From the NCBI RefSeq assembly GCF_006345805.1, contig NW_021835393.1, positions 1-47,279 on the forward strand: DNA of 47,279 nucleotides. Reading direction: 5' to 3'. Shown here piece after piece: positions 24,582-37,537 of the stretch; positions within the stretch are counted from its first letter, which is position 1; the number at the start of each line of letters is the position of its first letter. Source of the stretch: Octopus sinensis. Lineage: Eukaryota. The position numbers and the translations under genes were made by a program. Under the pieces are notes generated by a model. It searched no databases. It saw only the letters and a program-made list of their open reading frames with translations, and had not been told where the DNA came from.

Positions 24582-25153
24582 TCCTGAAAAATATACAAGA
24601 TTACATGCATGCATACGTGTTTGTCTATTCATCTCTCTCATATTCATCATATTCATAAAAAAAAAACAGCCAGAGCAAGTAATAAGAATATGAAAATAGT
24701 AGTTGAAAAATACCGATAAAGGTATATTACTGCACATATAGACATGCATGAACATGGGTATGTCTGTCTTTTTTACCTTTCGTCTCTCTTACTATTATTA
24801 TTATTGTTACTTTTTTCCCCTTTTAAAACTTGCTTGCAAATATCAGATTTTTTCCCCTATTACCCCATTTGTATTTTCCCTTATTGTATCTTTTTTTTAA
24901 TTTACTTTATTTTATTAAACCTTTTTTGATGTCCTTACAAAAATTCCTCACACAGATGAAAATGACAATGCATAAATTTAATTATAATCACTTTGGTCAA
25001 AACTTTTTTCTTACATATTTGTATTGTCCTTTGAAACGCTCGTATGTATTGAACCCTATTTTGTATTAAATCTAATTGTGATTCAACATCTTTTTCTCCT
25101 CCATTTTTCTATAATTGTTTATTGTATTTTTACACCTATAAAGATATGCATTT

Positions 25154-25226
<73 letters not shown>

Positions 25227-25311
25227 GTAGGTCCCGGGTTGAGTCGGGGTTAACCACAGTAAATAAGGTACTCAATACATAGCAGAGTAAATTAATTTAT
25301 TTTATAGAAGG

Positions 25312-25362
25312 AGCTTCTACAGGACTAGAACTGTTTCATTCAAAAGAAATCATCAGGAAGCT
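25312..25362 (-). ncRNA. Minimal type I hammerhead ribozyme
   Basis: agcuuc-CUGAUGA-u.uuc(uuuu)gaa.u-GAAA; helix III ACAG/CUGU; GUA|gaagcu. Confidence 0.85.
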
Positions 25363-25921
25363 AGGTGACAAGAGTAGTTTTGGCATTTATACATTTAGGC
25401 AGGTTTAAAGGGGTGGTGGTGGGGGACTTTTTTGGGGGTAGGCATGGCGCAAACTATCATTCTTAGGGGAGTGGTCAAAGGAATCGGTGGTAAAGTAGAT
25501 AAAAGAATAAATAAAAGAATAAAAGAATAAATAGGAAATTAGAGTTATAGGTAAATAAGGAGACTCTCACTTATACATATACATATATATATACATACAC
25601 ATATACATACATATACATACACACACATATATATATTATATATATATATATATATATATTATATGCACACACATATACATATTACACATACACACACACA
25701 TACACATACGTATACATATACATACATACATATACATACGCATACATACATAGACATATACATATATACACATACACATACGTACACATACACACATACA
25801 CCCATATACACATGTACATATGTACCCATATACATGTATCTACGTACACGCCCATACCCATACTCATACATACACTTATATATGTCTACACACATATATA
25901 CATACATACACGTACATGCCT

Positions 25922-25958
<37 letters not shown>

Positions 25959-26547
25959 CACACACGCACATATATATACACACACACACGTGTATGTGTG
26001 TGCATGTATATGCATATGTATGTGTGTGTGTATATATATGTGCGTGTGTGTATGTATATATATATATATATATTAATATAAAAGGGCTTAGTAAAATAAA
26101 TTACTTTGCCACATACTGAACTCATTAGAAATAGCAGCCAAAAAAGTTTTTTAGCTATTTCTAATACTTAAAGAAAATTTCTCTCAGATAGTGTTTACTC
26201 AGAATAACCCACGAAGGTATGGAGGTAAAAAACATTAAAAAATCACAAGTGCAAAGATTATTTGAGAACGTTACGTTTCTAGATCAGCCAAATAAAATTC
26301 GACATTTCTTTCGTCAGCCCAAAATTTCTTAATTTGGATTTGGAAACACTGAAAGTAGGAACATACCCTTTTGGCGACTTAACACCTCAGACGACTCGCT
26401 CAAACTGACAGTGCCAACAAATTCAAAATATGCAAGCGAAGAATTCCTGTTCTCCCTTTCCACCCACGTGGGCTAAACTAGCAAAGGTATGTATGTGTAT
26501 GTATGTATATATGTGTGTATATGGGCGTGTGTATATATATGCGTATG

Positions 26548-26586
<39 letters not shown>

Positions 26587-26883
26587 ATATGGGAGCGTGT
26601 GTGTATGGGGGTGTATATCCCCCTTTATTTTTGTTTTTATATATATGTATGTATGTATATATGTGTGTAGACATATATAAGTGTATGTATGAGTATGGGT
26701 ATGGGCGTGTACGTAGATACATGTATATGGGTACATATGTACATGTGTATATGGGTGTATGTGTGTATGTGTACGTATGTGTATGCGTATATATGTATAT
26801 GTCTATGTATTTATGCGTGTGTATATGTATGTATGTATATGTATACGTATGTGTATGTGTGTGTGTATGTGTATATGTACATG

Positions 26884-26922
<39 letters not shown>

Positions 26923-27178
26923 ATGTATTTGTATGTATATGTGTATGTATATATATACGTATATGTATAAGTGAGAGTCTCCTTATTTACCTATAACTCT
27001 AATTTTCTATTTATTCCTTTATTCTTTTATTTATTCTTTTATCTACTTTACCACCGATTCCTTTGACCACTCCCCTAAGAATGATAGTTTGCGCCATGCC
27101 TACCCCCAAAAAAGTCCCCCACCACCACCCCTTTAAACCTGCCTAAATGTATAAATGCCAAAACTACTCTTGTCACCT

Positions 27179-27229
27179 AGCTTCCTGATGATTTCTTTTG
27201 AATGAAACAGTTCTAGTCCTGTAGAAGCT
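27179..27229 (+). ncRNA. Minimal type I hammerhead ribozyme
   Basis: Identical to 25312-25362; CUGAUGA 27185-27191, GAAA 27204-27207, cleavage after 27223. Confidence 0.85.
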
Positions 27230-27607
27230 CCTTCTATAAAATAAATATATATATATATATATGTATATATATACATATACATACAGAGAGAGAGAGAGAG
27301 AAAGAGATGGAGAGAGAGAAAAAGAGAGGGAGAGAGCATATTTCTTGAATACACAATTAGGTAATATTTGTTCTTATATAACATTTCATATTCATCTACT
27401 GAGTCAAAAACTACAGAATAGACAACACATCAAAAGGTGGTGACAAGTGCAGAATTTGTGGACAAAATATGTCTCAAAAGATATTTTATCAGTCGATCCA
27501 CGATTTAAACGAATCCACCTCTCTTCTTTCCATTTTCCTTGGAAATGGGAAAAGGATTATGATAAACCTAATGCGATGAAAGCACAAGTAGTAACAGTAT
27601 TTATATT

Positions 27608-27918
27608 CACCGTGACCACCGTGACCGACCAGGCTATCAGATGTTGTTACACATCGCTGGTCACAATGCACTTCACATTGTCTTAGCCTTCAAATGACGC
27701 CACCCCGCTGGCTAAGCGAACAGGCCAACAGAAGAAAGAGTGAGAGAAAGTTGTGGCGAAAGAGTACAGCAGGGTTCACCACCACGCCCTGCCGGAGCCT
27801 CGTGGAGCTTTAGGTGTTTTCGCTCAATAAACACTCACAACGCCCGGTCTGGGAATCGAAACCGCGATCCTCCGACCGCGAGTCCGCTGCCCTAACCACT
27901 GGGCCATTGCGCCTCCAC
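27608..27918 (-). mobile_element. SINE family C (tRNA-derived head)
   Basis: Box A/box B-like head at 27850-27918, unique body, (CACGGTGAC)-type tail. Confidence 0.85.
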
Positions 27919-27997
27919 AGTATTTATATCATAGAATTATAAAAACAAGTTTAGAATTTATCTCTCTTTTCATTCCTAATATCATTAATTCACTTAC

Positions 27998-28010
27998 CTT
28001 TCAGGTTCAT
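27998..28010 (-). other. Candidate upstream exon end (AAG|GTAAGT donor) for the PAN-domain gene
   Basis: ATG AAC CTG AAA G| spliced to ga ATG would be in frame (MNLKG-METS); no transcript evidence. Confidence 0.35.
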
Positions 28011-29363
28011 GACTGTTACAGAGTTTGTTAAGTAAACTTCCCTTTTAGTTGCAAAATCGAACAACAAGACGTGACTCACTGGAAAATCGGGGTCTTCTGC
28101 CTTTTAATATTTCTTTTTTTCTAGTTTCGATAAGCAGGATTTCTTTTATTCCTTTCTATTCTCTTCGTTCCGACAATTTGAGAAGAAACTTAGGATATTT
28201 CACAGTTCAAGCTTCAAGAAGATGATATCTCCTTAAAACAATATCTTCAGATTTTTTGCTCTCTTATTAAGATAGATGTACAACTTGAACTTTCTTTCCC
28301 TCTGACTCTAGAATTTGCCCGCAGGTTATTTCGCTTTTCTCAAATACGTTCGCAAACTTGGAGTCTTATATTGTCGTTGCTTTCTATCCAAAATAATTTG
28401 CTTTCACGATTATTTATAAATTATTAGTTTCACTCTCAGCTTCGTTACTTTTCCGATCAATGACTGCTCTTATTCACCGGTCTCCGCAACAATACCTCTT
28501 GAAACAAGTTGACTGTATTTATAAGCTTAGCAATATATCGATAGCTTTCGATTTGTTTTTGTTTTGCATTTTGTACTGGATATATCATCCTTAATGCTGT
28601 TGGATGAAGTGTGGTCAACAATAACAAGTAGAGAGTTAAGACCTTGAAGGGATAAAGGCTTCTTTTATGTTTGTATTTCGATGTCAAGTGGATATCAATA
28701 ATGTCCTCCGAGAAAGGTATGGATATTAACAATCAATCTTCACTGTTTATACCAAATTGGCCTTCGATTGATAAAGCTGCTAATAAAATACTGAAGTTGG
28801 TTCGATTCACATTGATGTATCCTACAAACTCTAAACATGTTACTGGTTAAAAATACCATCTTGAAGAAGAACAAATGTTTTGAAATGAAGGACGAATGAG
28901 AGAGGATTCGGGGTAGAGTCAGCAGTTTCAGAGAAGTGTATGACCTCTTAACGGAAATTTGACTTTGAAGGTTGCTGTTGTTTAGCCACAGGTTTCATTG
29001 AGCCTCGATTGAGTGGTTCTTTCTTAGTCAGAGAATTGCAGCCATTATCATACCGTTTTCAGACCGTGTGTTATAAGAACCACTTTATCCAAACGTTTTT
29101 TATAAACGGTGAAGCGTCTCGTATGATAAATATTTAGAGGAGATTATATTTTGAGCAACTGTTCGGAGATTAGTCTCCCTCCTTTGTATGTAATATAATA
29201 ATGTATGGCGAATGAAGACACCCAAACCAAATCGATGATTGTTGTTTTCCTTCTCGAGCCATGTCTGGCTCATATGGGGCCGGTTTCCCCGGTTTCTTGA
29301 CGTATAGGTTCTCCACCTGGACGAGACGCCGGTCCTTCGTGGGTGAGCTGCAAGATGCAAAAG

Positions 29364-29544
29364 GAAAGAGCGAGAGAAAGTTGTGGCGAAAGAGTCAGCA
29401 GAAGTTTCGCCATTTTTTTCTTCCGGAGTCGCGTGAAGCTTAGGTGTTTCACTCATGAACACACATATCGCCCGGTCTGAGATTCGAACCCGCTATCCCT
29501 CGACCGCGTCTCCGCTGCTCTAACCACTAGGCCATGTGCCTCCA
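29364..29544 (-). mobile_element. SINE family C, diverged partial copy
   Basis: Aligns with 27740-27918. Confidence 0.75.
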
Positions 29545-29554
29545 CAAGTAGATG

Positions 29555-29712
29555 ATTCCTCCGCCCTTTAACGGGTTTTGTTTTTCATCCCGCAGGGTGT
29601 CCAATAAACACCCTCCTCACCAAGCAAGCTTGGTGGAGTTGCCGACTACCCGACCATGCAACAGGCTGTATTGGATTACATGTTACCAGTAGCCCTCGGA
29701 AGTGACCTGACA
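29555..29712. repeat. Dispersed repeat, also at 36260-36430 (part of 35873-36430), abutting (CATA)n
   Basis: cctccgccctt.acggg...gtgtccaataaacaccctcctcaccaagca...acctgacatac shared. Confidence 0.75.
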
Positions 29713-29924
29713 TACATACATACATACATACATACATACATACATACACACATACATACATACATACATACATACATACATACATACATACATACATACA
29801 TACATAAATACATACACACATACATACATACATGCATACATACATACATACGTACATACATAAGTGTATGTACCTATGTGCATGAAAATGGCTGTCTTGC
29901 ATTTACTTGATAGGTAATATGAGA

Positions 29925-31215
29925 AAATACTGTGTTACCCTGCGTCGCTGCACCCACCATTTCTTAGTGATTCCCTGGCAGAAGACGCCTTTGTATCATT
30001 TACGCGAAAACCCGCCAACCCATGGTTATGTTAGGGCTGTCGTTTGCAGTGAGGGTTTTACGGGATCAAAGTGCAAATGCTAACTCGCCCCTTTTAATCT
30101 CTGTTTACAAAACGCAGACGAAACGTTGGGTCTATTCATTGATATGCCAGTCCCCTTCACAGCCCTGGGGCAACGTGAAATGCAGTGCCTTGCTCAAGGA
30201 TACAACACGCCATCCTGTCTGGGAATCGATCGCACGTTCAGAGGATCGTGAATGCAAACCCTGACCCCTAAGCCACTCACATTCACTGATGAAAAAAATG
30301 TATAAACTTTGGGATTTTATTTAAAAATTCAATAAAATGATAATCGTGTTTCCTGATTTTGAATATCGGATCTTTTCCGTTTGACCGACAGTTTTTTAAC
30401 ATAATTTCCACATAAATAAAAACTTTTAAACTTCGTATTCTGTTAGAATGTGTTTATAAAACATCTTTTTCTCTTGGCTTTATTGAGAACATTCTATGGT
30501 TTGTAAGATATTTGTTGTTGTTTTTCTTCAATTTCTGCAATTTCAAACATTCAATGACGTCTATTGAGGTAAAAAAAAAACATTCTGTGTCGTTGAATAT
30601 GTCTGTCGTTTAAGAAACAGATTGGGCTTATTTACATTTCTGAAGAAAAAAGATACCCTTCCCCCCACCCCTAACCCTAAAAAACAAATTGAAATGCAAC
30701 AGATCGATACTAGGGTCATAATTATGGGTGACAATTTCAGATGACACCGCTAGAAAAAACTGCCTTTCGAACCGAAAAGAGCCTGAATATCTTCTAATCG
30801 ATTCTTAAAATTAACTGATTATATTTAGCGGAATAAATGGCTGCTTAAGCGCATAAAATATTTATACTGTAATGATTTTTAGAAAGATAGAAAATATACT
30901 AATAACAAATGAATCACGATATTATATATTGATTAGACTCAAGGTTGTTTATCGCAATCTGCAGCCGCATATTATTAATTAATATTTCCAATTTATTCCT
31001 TCAAAATGGATTAATTAGTTTATATACAAAGTTCCAATGACTATTCGGATATTTCTTGCATGGACTTGTTACTTCTCTGAAATTAATGAGCTTTCCCCCC
31101 GATTCTTAATATTCATTTTATTTGTGAGCTTACCATGACGTATTTCTCATTTTGATCGATAAACAACATTTATGAGGATGTGTGTGTATATGTGTGTGTA
31201 CACGTGTGTGTACAT
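29925..31215. repeat. Old inverted duplication, arm 1 (partner 43185-43915)
   Basis: Colinear reverse-complement similarity through a SINE-like core, unique flanks and microsatellite edges. Confidence 0.75.
30368..30783. mobile_element. MITE, Merlin-like, 8-bp TSD
   Basis: TIRs ggatctttt / aaaagagcc; TSD tgaatatc at 30360-30367 and 30784-30791; absent from partner arm. Confidence 0.85.
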
Positions 31216-31242
31216 GTGTGTGTGTATATATATATATATATA

Positions 31243-31400
31243 TAGGCGTAGGTGGGTCTGTGTGTTACTTCCTAATTACATGGATCCGGGTTCGGCCCCA
31301 GAGCGTGACACCTTGCGAAAGGGCCTTCTACTGTAGCCTCGGGTTGGTCAAAGCCCCAAAACTTATAAGAGGATTTGGAACTGGAAGAACCCGACGTATA
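31243..31400 (+). mobile_element. Old SINE family A head
   Basis: Degenerate match to family A. Confidence 0.65.
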
Positions 31401-32239
31401 TCTATCTATCTATCTGTATGTATGTATGTATATATGTATATATATGTTTACACACATACATATATATATATACACATACATATATATAAATATATATATA
31501 TGTATACATATGTATATATATGTATACATACATATATATATATATGTATACATATATATATATTTTTATAAAAATTGTTTTTATAACTTAAAAACAAATT
31601 TTAATCTCTGTGTGTGTGTCTGTGTGTGTGTGTGTGTGTGTGTGTAGTTAGACATAGATATATATCAAGGTTTATGAATTAATTTACATACATCAGTCAA
31701 TACCTCAATAAAATGTAAGCACAACTGACCTGATATAATGATTTGGGATAGAGAAGAGAAACTGTGTACAGGTGTGGAAATTAGTTGCCCAGCGGGAGTT
31801 AACATAGAGGTGAAGATCAGTAAAAATGAGAGTACATATAACGAACTATTGAGAAATTTGTAGTTATTTTATCCAGATTACAAGTTCAGGTTTATATAAC
31901 ACACTACCTAAATACCAAACTTGAGAAATTAGGCGTCTGAAAACCAGAAAGGAGAAGGCTAATTCGAAGTCTAAAAATCCAATCCATCAGTGGAACTGTA
32001 AAAATCTGTAAAACTTTCCAGAAGTTTATCATTTAAATATATATATAAACATGTCTAAATATGCAACTATATGCATGAGAAGACGTACATAAAGTAAAAT
32101 ATACAAATCTACACATATACATACACATATACATAGAAAATACGCTGATGACCAAATTCTAATGAAGGAGCCTTAAATCTAGGTTAGAAACCGGTTCTTT
32201 CAGTATAGGCAAGAAATCTTGAAATAAAACTGAACAATG

Positions 32240-32270
32240 ACATTCATACATACATGCACACATACATACA

Positions 32271-32304
<34 letters not shown>

Positions 32305-32835
32305 CATATATACATACATATATACATCCATCCATCCATCCATACATACATACATACATACATACACACATACATGCATACATAAACACACACATATATA
32401 CATATATACATACATATTTACATACATACATACATACATATACATACATTCATACATACATTCATATATACATACATACATACATACATACATACACACA
32501 TATATACATACATATACATACATACATATATATATACATACATACATATACATACATACATACATACATATATATACATACATACATATACGTACATACA
32601 TACATACATACATACATACACACACACGTACATACATACATACATATACATACATACATATATAAACATACATACATATATATATACATACATATATACA
32701 TACATACTTATATATACATACATACATACATACATACATATACACACATACATACATACATACATAACTACATACATACATATACATATATACATATATA
32801 TCCTTACATACATACATACATATACATACATACAT
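32240..32835. repeat. (CATA)n microsatellite (continues at 35567-35873)
   Basis: Direct inspection. Confidence 0.97.
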
Positions 32836-35570
32836 ATGATTTTGATTTTGATTTTGATTTTTCCAGTTTCAGCTTATGAGCTGTGGCCATGCTGGGGCAC
32901 CGTCATTTGGTGTTGCTACTTGGTTTCACTTCATGAAGGCCTTCTAGCAACTGCTATTTGGTGCATGAGAGAGTTCGATGCAGCTGCCCTCATCTGCCCC
33001 TCCTGCCGTGAAGTTGGTTCATCTGGGACACCTGACAGGAAGAGATCCAGCTTCATTTTAAAGACATCTGTATCCACCCCATGCAGGTATCTCAGGTTCT
33101 TCGGGAGGATATTGAAGAGCTGTGGGCCTCGGAAGCCCAGGCTATCACAGAATCTTGTCCTACATCTTGATGGCAAGTTTGGAGTCCTAGGCACCACGCA
33201 GTGGCGCCCAGTTCTGGCTTTTGCGTAACTCTCGATGCCAAAGTTCAGGACACTTCCCTCCAGGATCTTCCAGATGTATATTATGGCATATCTTTCCCGC
33301 CTACGCTCCAGGGAATATAATTTTAATTTCTTGAGTCTTTCCCAGTAGCTTACATTCTGCATAGAGGCTATCTTCTTCGTGTAGCTACGTTGGATCGCCT
33401 CGAGCTCTGTGATCAACTTGACACTGGATGGTGACCATAACTGAGAGCAGTAGTCAAAGTGGCTTAGGACAAGTGTCCTCCAGAGGACCATCATGGTTTC
33501 TTGTTCTCTTGTTCTAATGGTTCTGAGGATCCATCCGGCCAGTCGTCTACATGTCATTGCCAATTTAGCAACATGTACACGAAAGGTCGCGTCATCACTC
33601 ATGTAAATACCCAGGTCACGCACTGATTGTGCCTCTGGGATTGCTATTCCTCCGGGTCCAGTGTATTCATTGGGTATTGCATTTAGTTTTGCATGCTGAT
33701 AGTATAGAGCTTGAAACTTTTCAGCATTGAACTGCATGCTATTCTTTTCGGCCCACTTGTATATTTTGTCTAGCTCACATTGCAGGTGTTTAGTGTCCTC
33801 AGGGTTCTGTATTGCCTGTGAAACTTTTGTATCATCTGCATAACTTGTGATCGTGGCTCTCTGCGTGGCTGAGGGCATGTCTGAGAGGGCCATTATGAAC
33901 AGTAGTGGTCTCAGAACAGTGCCCTGCGGAACACCGCTCACTATTTGCGTGTTAATGGAAGTGGCCCCATTGGCCACTACCACCTGACTTCTATCTTTCA
34001 GAAAGTCATGAAGCCATTCTCCCAGTTTTCCAACTATGTTGAGATCACGCAGTTTGTGACATATCATTCCATGATCGACTTTATCAAAGGCCTTTGCAAA
34101 GTCGAGATATATCACTTCCACATTTGAGTGGTTGAGCAGCCGCTTCAGCACCCAGTCATAGTGTTGTAGGAGCTGAGTTAAACAGGTTCTCCCTGGTCGG
34201 AAACCATGTTGGGTGTCGGGCAGCAAGTCATTTTCTTCAAGGAAGGTGATCAGCTTCCTTCTGACTATTCGTTCCATGACGTTGCTGATGTGTGAGGTCA
34301 GAGAGATAGGTCTATAGTTCTTGGCTTCCGCTCTGCTACCTCCTTTATGAATGGGGCATATTTTACCTTCCTTCAGTTTTCTTGGAAGTTTGCCAGCTGC
34401 AAGGAAGCTCTGAAAGAGGAACTGCAGTGGTCTTGCTAGGACTCTCTTACATGCTTTTAGGAGGATTGCCGGGAATCCATCGGGGCCAGTAGCTGAGTCT
34501 GTTTTCATTTCATCTATAGCCTTGATTACATCGTCTTCCTTTATATCGATGTAATCTATCGTCGCCGCCTCTGATTTTATATCTGCAGTGGTAAAAAAGT
34601 CAGTTGGATTGGTGATTTGGAGATGCCCAAGGGGTGGAGTGAAAACACTCTTGAATTGCTCATTCAGTATTTCACTTACCCTCATTGGTTTTCCTGTAAG
34701 TGTGCCATCCTTTTCGAGGAGTGGCCCTATTCTACAGTGCACCGTAGCTGTTTCTTTGGCATACCTGTAGAAAGCTCTGGGGTTAGATTTTATGTTGTCT
34801 ATAGCCCAGGCTTCTTTGTCTGCTCTTTCCTTTTCATGGGAGAGTTTCAGACATTTTTCGATGTCCAACAGTTTTATTTTTAGGCGGGACTTTTCACTGC
34901 TTTCAATCTGTTTGTTTAGGCGATTTGAAAATTTTGTACGCCGTCTCATTAGAATTTTCCTCTCTCTGGGGATTTTGTTCTTGTGTACAGTAGCCTTTCT
35001 CTCTGGGACATATTTGTAGCATATGGCTTGCATTACAGACATGAATTGTTGAAGTTTCACGTCGATGTCTGGCGAGGAGAGACATTTAGGCCAGTTTTGT
35101 TTGAGGATCTCTTTCCCAATTTGTTTCCAGTTTGCCTTATGGTAGTTCAAGCTGGAAAGATTCTGGGGGTTTCTTGTAGGCTGCATGTCCGTGCTCTCTT
35201 TTGGCCCGTACATGGTCAGCTCTATCATGTTGTGATCCGAGAGTAGTGTCGGTGTCACTTTCACATTATGGATGAGATCCATGTCATTTGTGAAGCAGAG
35301 ATCCAGTGTGTTACCTGCCCTGGTTGGTTGGAGTATTACCTGCTCCATGTACAGGGTGTTGATGAGGTTCAGGAGGGACCTCGCCTGTCCTCGTTCACAT
35401 CTTGTCATTCCTGGGAGAGAAAGGCCCTCGGGCCATCTGACATTTGGCAGATTGAAGTCTCCCATAAGAAGTACACTTATGTGTTGTTCTAATGTGGTTA
35501 GAACTTCTTCTATTTTTATAAGGCAGTCTTCAAACTTGCCCACATGGCTTGGGGCATCTGGAGGGCGATA
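32836..35570 (-). mobile_element. CR1-clade LINE, 5'-truncated, with uninterrupted ORF2 (stop at 32931)
   Basis: APE motifs YRPP, GDFN, TLDL, SDH; RT motifs NYRPISLTS, QHGFR, YLDFAKAFD, GVPQG, YADD; (AAAATC)n tail. Confidence 0.95.
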
Positions 35571-35759
35571 TATATATACATACATACATATATACATACA
35601 TACATACATATACACATACATACATATATATATACATACATACATATATATACATACATACATATATATACATACATACATACGTACATATATATATACA
35701 TACATACATACTTATATATACATACATACATATATATATATATACATACATACATATAT

Positions 35760-35792
<33 letters not shown>

Positions 35793-36762
35793 TACATACA
35801 TACATACATATATACATGCATACATACATACATACATACATACATACGTACATACATACATACATACATACATGGTGGCTGCCCCCTCGTTATCGAGTAT
35901 GGCCATTGCACGAAGCTTAATCATTGTTGTTATCGTGCAATACCTGTGCAAGAAGATTTTTTTTAAAGTGAGGAAAGGCTGTGCACTGAGTCAATCCCAC
36001 TCACTAAGCAACAGCACCCATAATCCGAAATGAAGAAAAAGTCAACATCATCGGTAACCACTGAGCCGCAGGTTTTATGTCGGAGCTATCCCAGTTACCT
36101 GAGTTACCGCTTCCTTGAAGGATGCCCTAACAAAGGCTAGGAGTCCTTCACTCCCAATGGTTTAACCGCGCGATCGGGTATTGAGTCCGATTATTTCTAT
36201 GTCCCCGCGCATGATATAGCCTTAAGACATTTATCGGATGGCCGTTGACTCTCAAGAGTTCCTCCGCCCTTTGACGGGTTTTGTTTTTTTATCCCGCTGG
36301 GTGTCCAATAAACACCCTCCTCACCAAGCAAACTTGGTGGGGTTGCCGGTTTAGTTGCCGATGACCCGACCATGCAACAGGCTGTAGTGGATTCCATGTT
36401 ACCAGTAGCCATGTTACAAGTCACCTGACATACATCCATACATACATGCATACGTAAGTACATAAATACATACAAACATACATATATACATACTTACGTA
36501 CATATATATATATATATACGTACATACATACATACATATATACATATATACATACATACATACATACATACGTATATACATACATACATACATATATACA
36601 TATATACATACATACATACATACACAACCATACATACAAACATACATATACATACATTGATACAAACATACATATATACATACATATATACATACATACA
36701 TATACATACATACATATATATACATACAAATAGGAAAAAAGCAACAAGAATGGATCAATATA

Positions 36763-36847
36763 TCGGTACAATTTTTTCGTACGAGGACAACTTTAATAGA
36801 GCTACAAAAATTGCAGTAAATATAGATGGCTCATACTCATCAGCCGA
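36763..36847 (-). ncRNA. Type I HHR of PLE2 left arm (helix III C15.2 mutated to A)
   Basis: ucgg-CUGAUGA-guaugag...cucguac-GAAAaaauuGUA|ccga. Confidence 0.7.
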
Positions 36848-37537
36848 AAAAACATCCGAGATTCCCTAACATCTAAGGGGGTAATGTTACACTCGTGAAA
36901 CATCATGGAAAGTTCTATAAAAATGAGAATTTAGATAACATATTGGTTTCTAAGAGTTCAATTAGTATTACACAGTCATATATCAGGTTATTAAAAAGTT
37001 TTTTCAATACATCTTAGTTTTCCAGAAAGTGAATATAAAAGTGAAGGTGTGAGTTTATCCGTATTGAAAAAAGTTTGATTCCTGGAGATCCGATGAGAGG
37101 TATCGAACTCACAGAATATGTGTTTGTCCATATATAGTTCATAGTAAATTGTTAATCAAGCTATGTGAAGAAATTTTGGATATAATCGTGCGAAATTTCT
37201 GAAAACTGCTGCATTATAATCCGAGGGATAAGCGTAGCGACAGCCTTATAGTGGAGACGAACAGGCTGCTATCAAAATCTACAAGAATCACAGAGCTAAA
37301 GGAAGAAAGTTGAATTTAACCAACTACTGCTATTAATTGCTATATAAAGAGGAAATGGGAAGATGAAAGGGAGGGTCAAAAGTTGTTACTATAAGAAAAC
37401 ATCTTAGCGTATTTGGTGCAAAATTCAAACGGAGGTCATTTAACTTATTTCTATATTTATTAATGTTACTATTAATAGATTGTCAGGTTATGGGGATATA
37501 ATAAGAGGTCAGAAGAAAAGAAAAGAAAATGGAGTTA

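Larger units (their letters stand above)
25226..27246. mobile_element. Fold-back Penelope-derived non-coding element: ~610-bp inverted arms (25297-25905, 26640-27246), each with an HHR
   Basis: Arms are near-exact reverse complements, including microsatellite-like parts; 25226-25310 matches the PLE1 terminus 2700-2780. Confidence 0.85.

Noticed and set aside
24582-24755. N-terminal 58 aa of the tracked ORF 24249-24755
   Set aside because: Lies upstream of a clear acceptor (24584-24585); the signal peptide begins at ATG 24581, so it is intronic read-through
27850-27918. SINE heads as tRNA genes
   Set aside because: Only box A/B-like remnants fused to SINE bodies; no complete cloverleaf
27960-29100. 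Non-repetitive-looking stretch as a transposase or gene
   Set aside because: All frames are interrupted and no motif was recognised; only a candidate donor at 27997 is noted
32141-32200. CTGATGA...GAAACCGGT candidate HHR
   Set aside because: Could not form convincing helices I and II
35873-35925. Possible HDV-like ribozyme (GGUGGCU/GGCCAUU helix)
   Set aside because: No P3, P1.1 or P2 pairings in the required order
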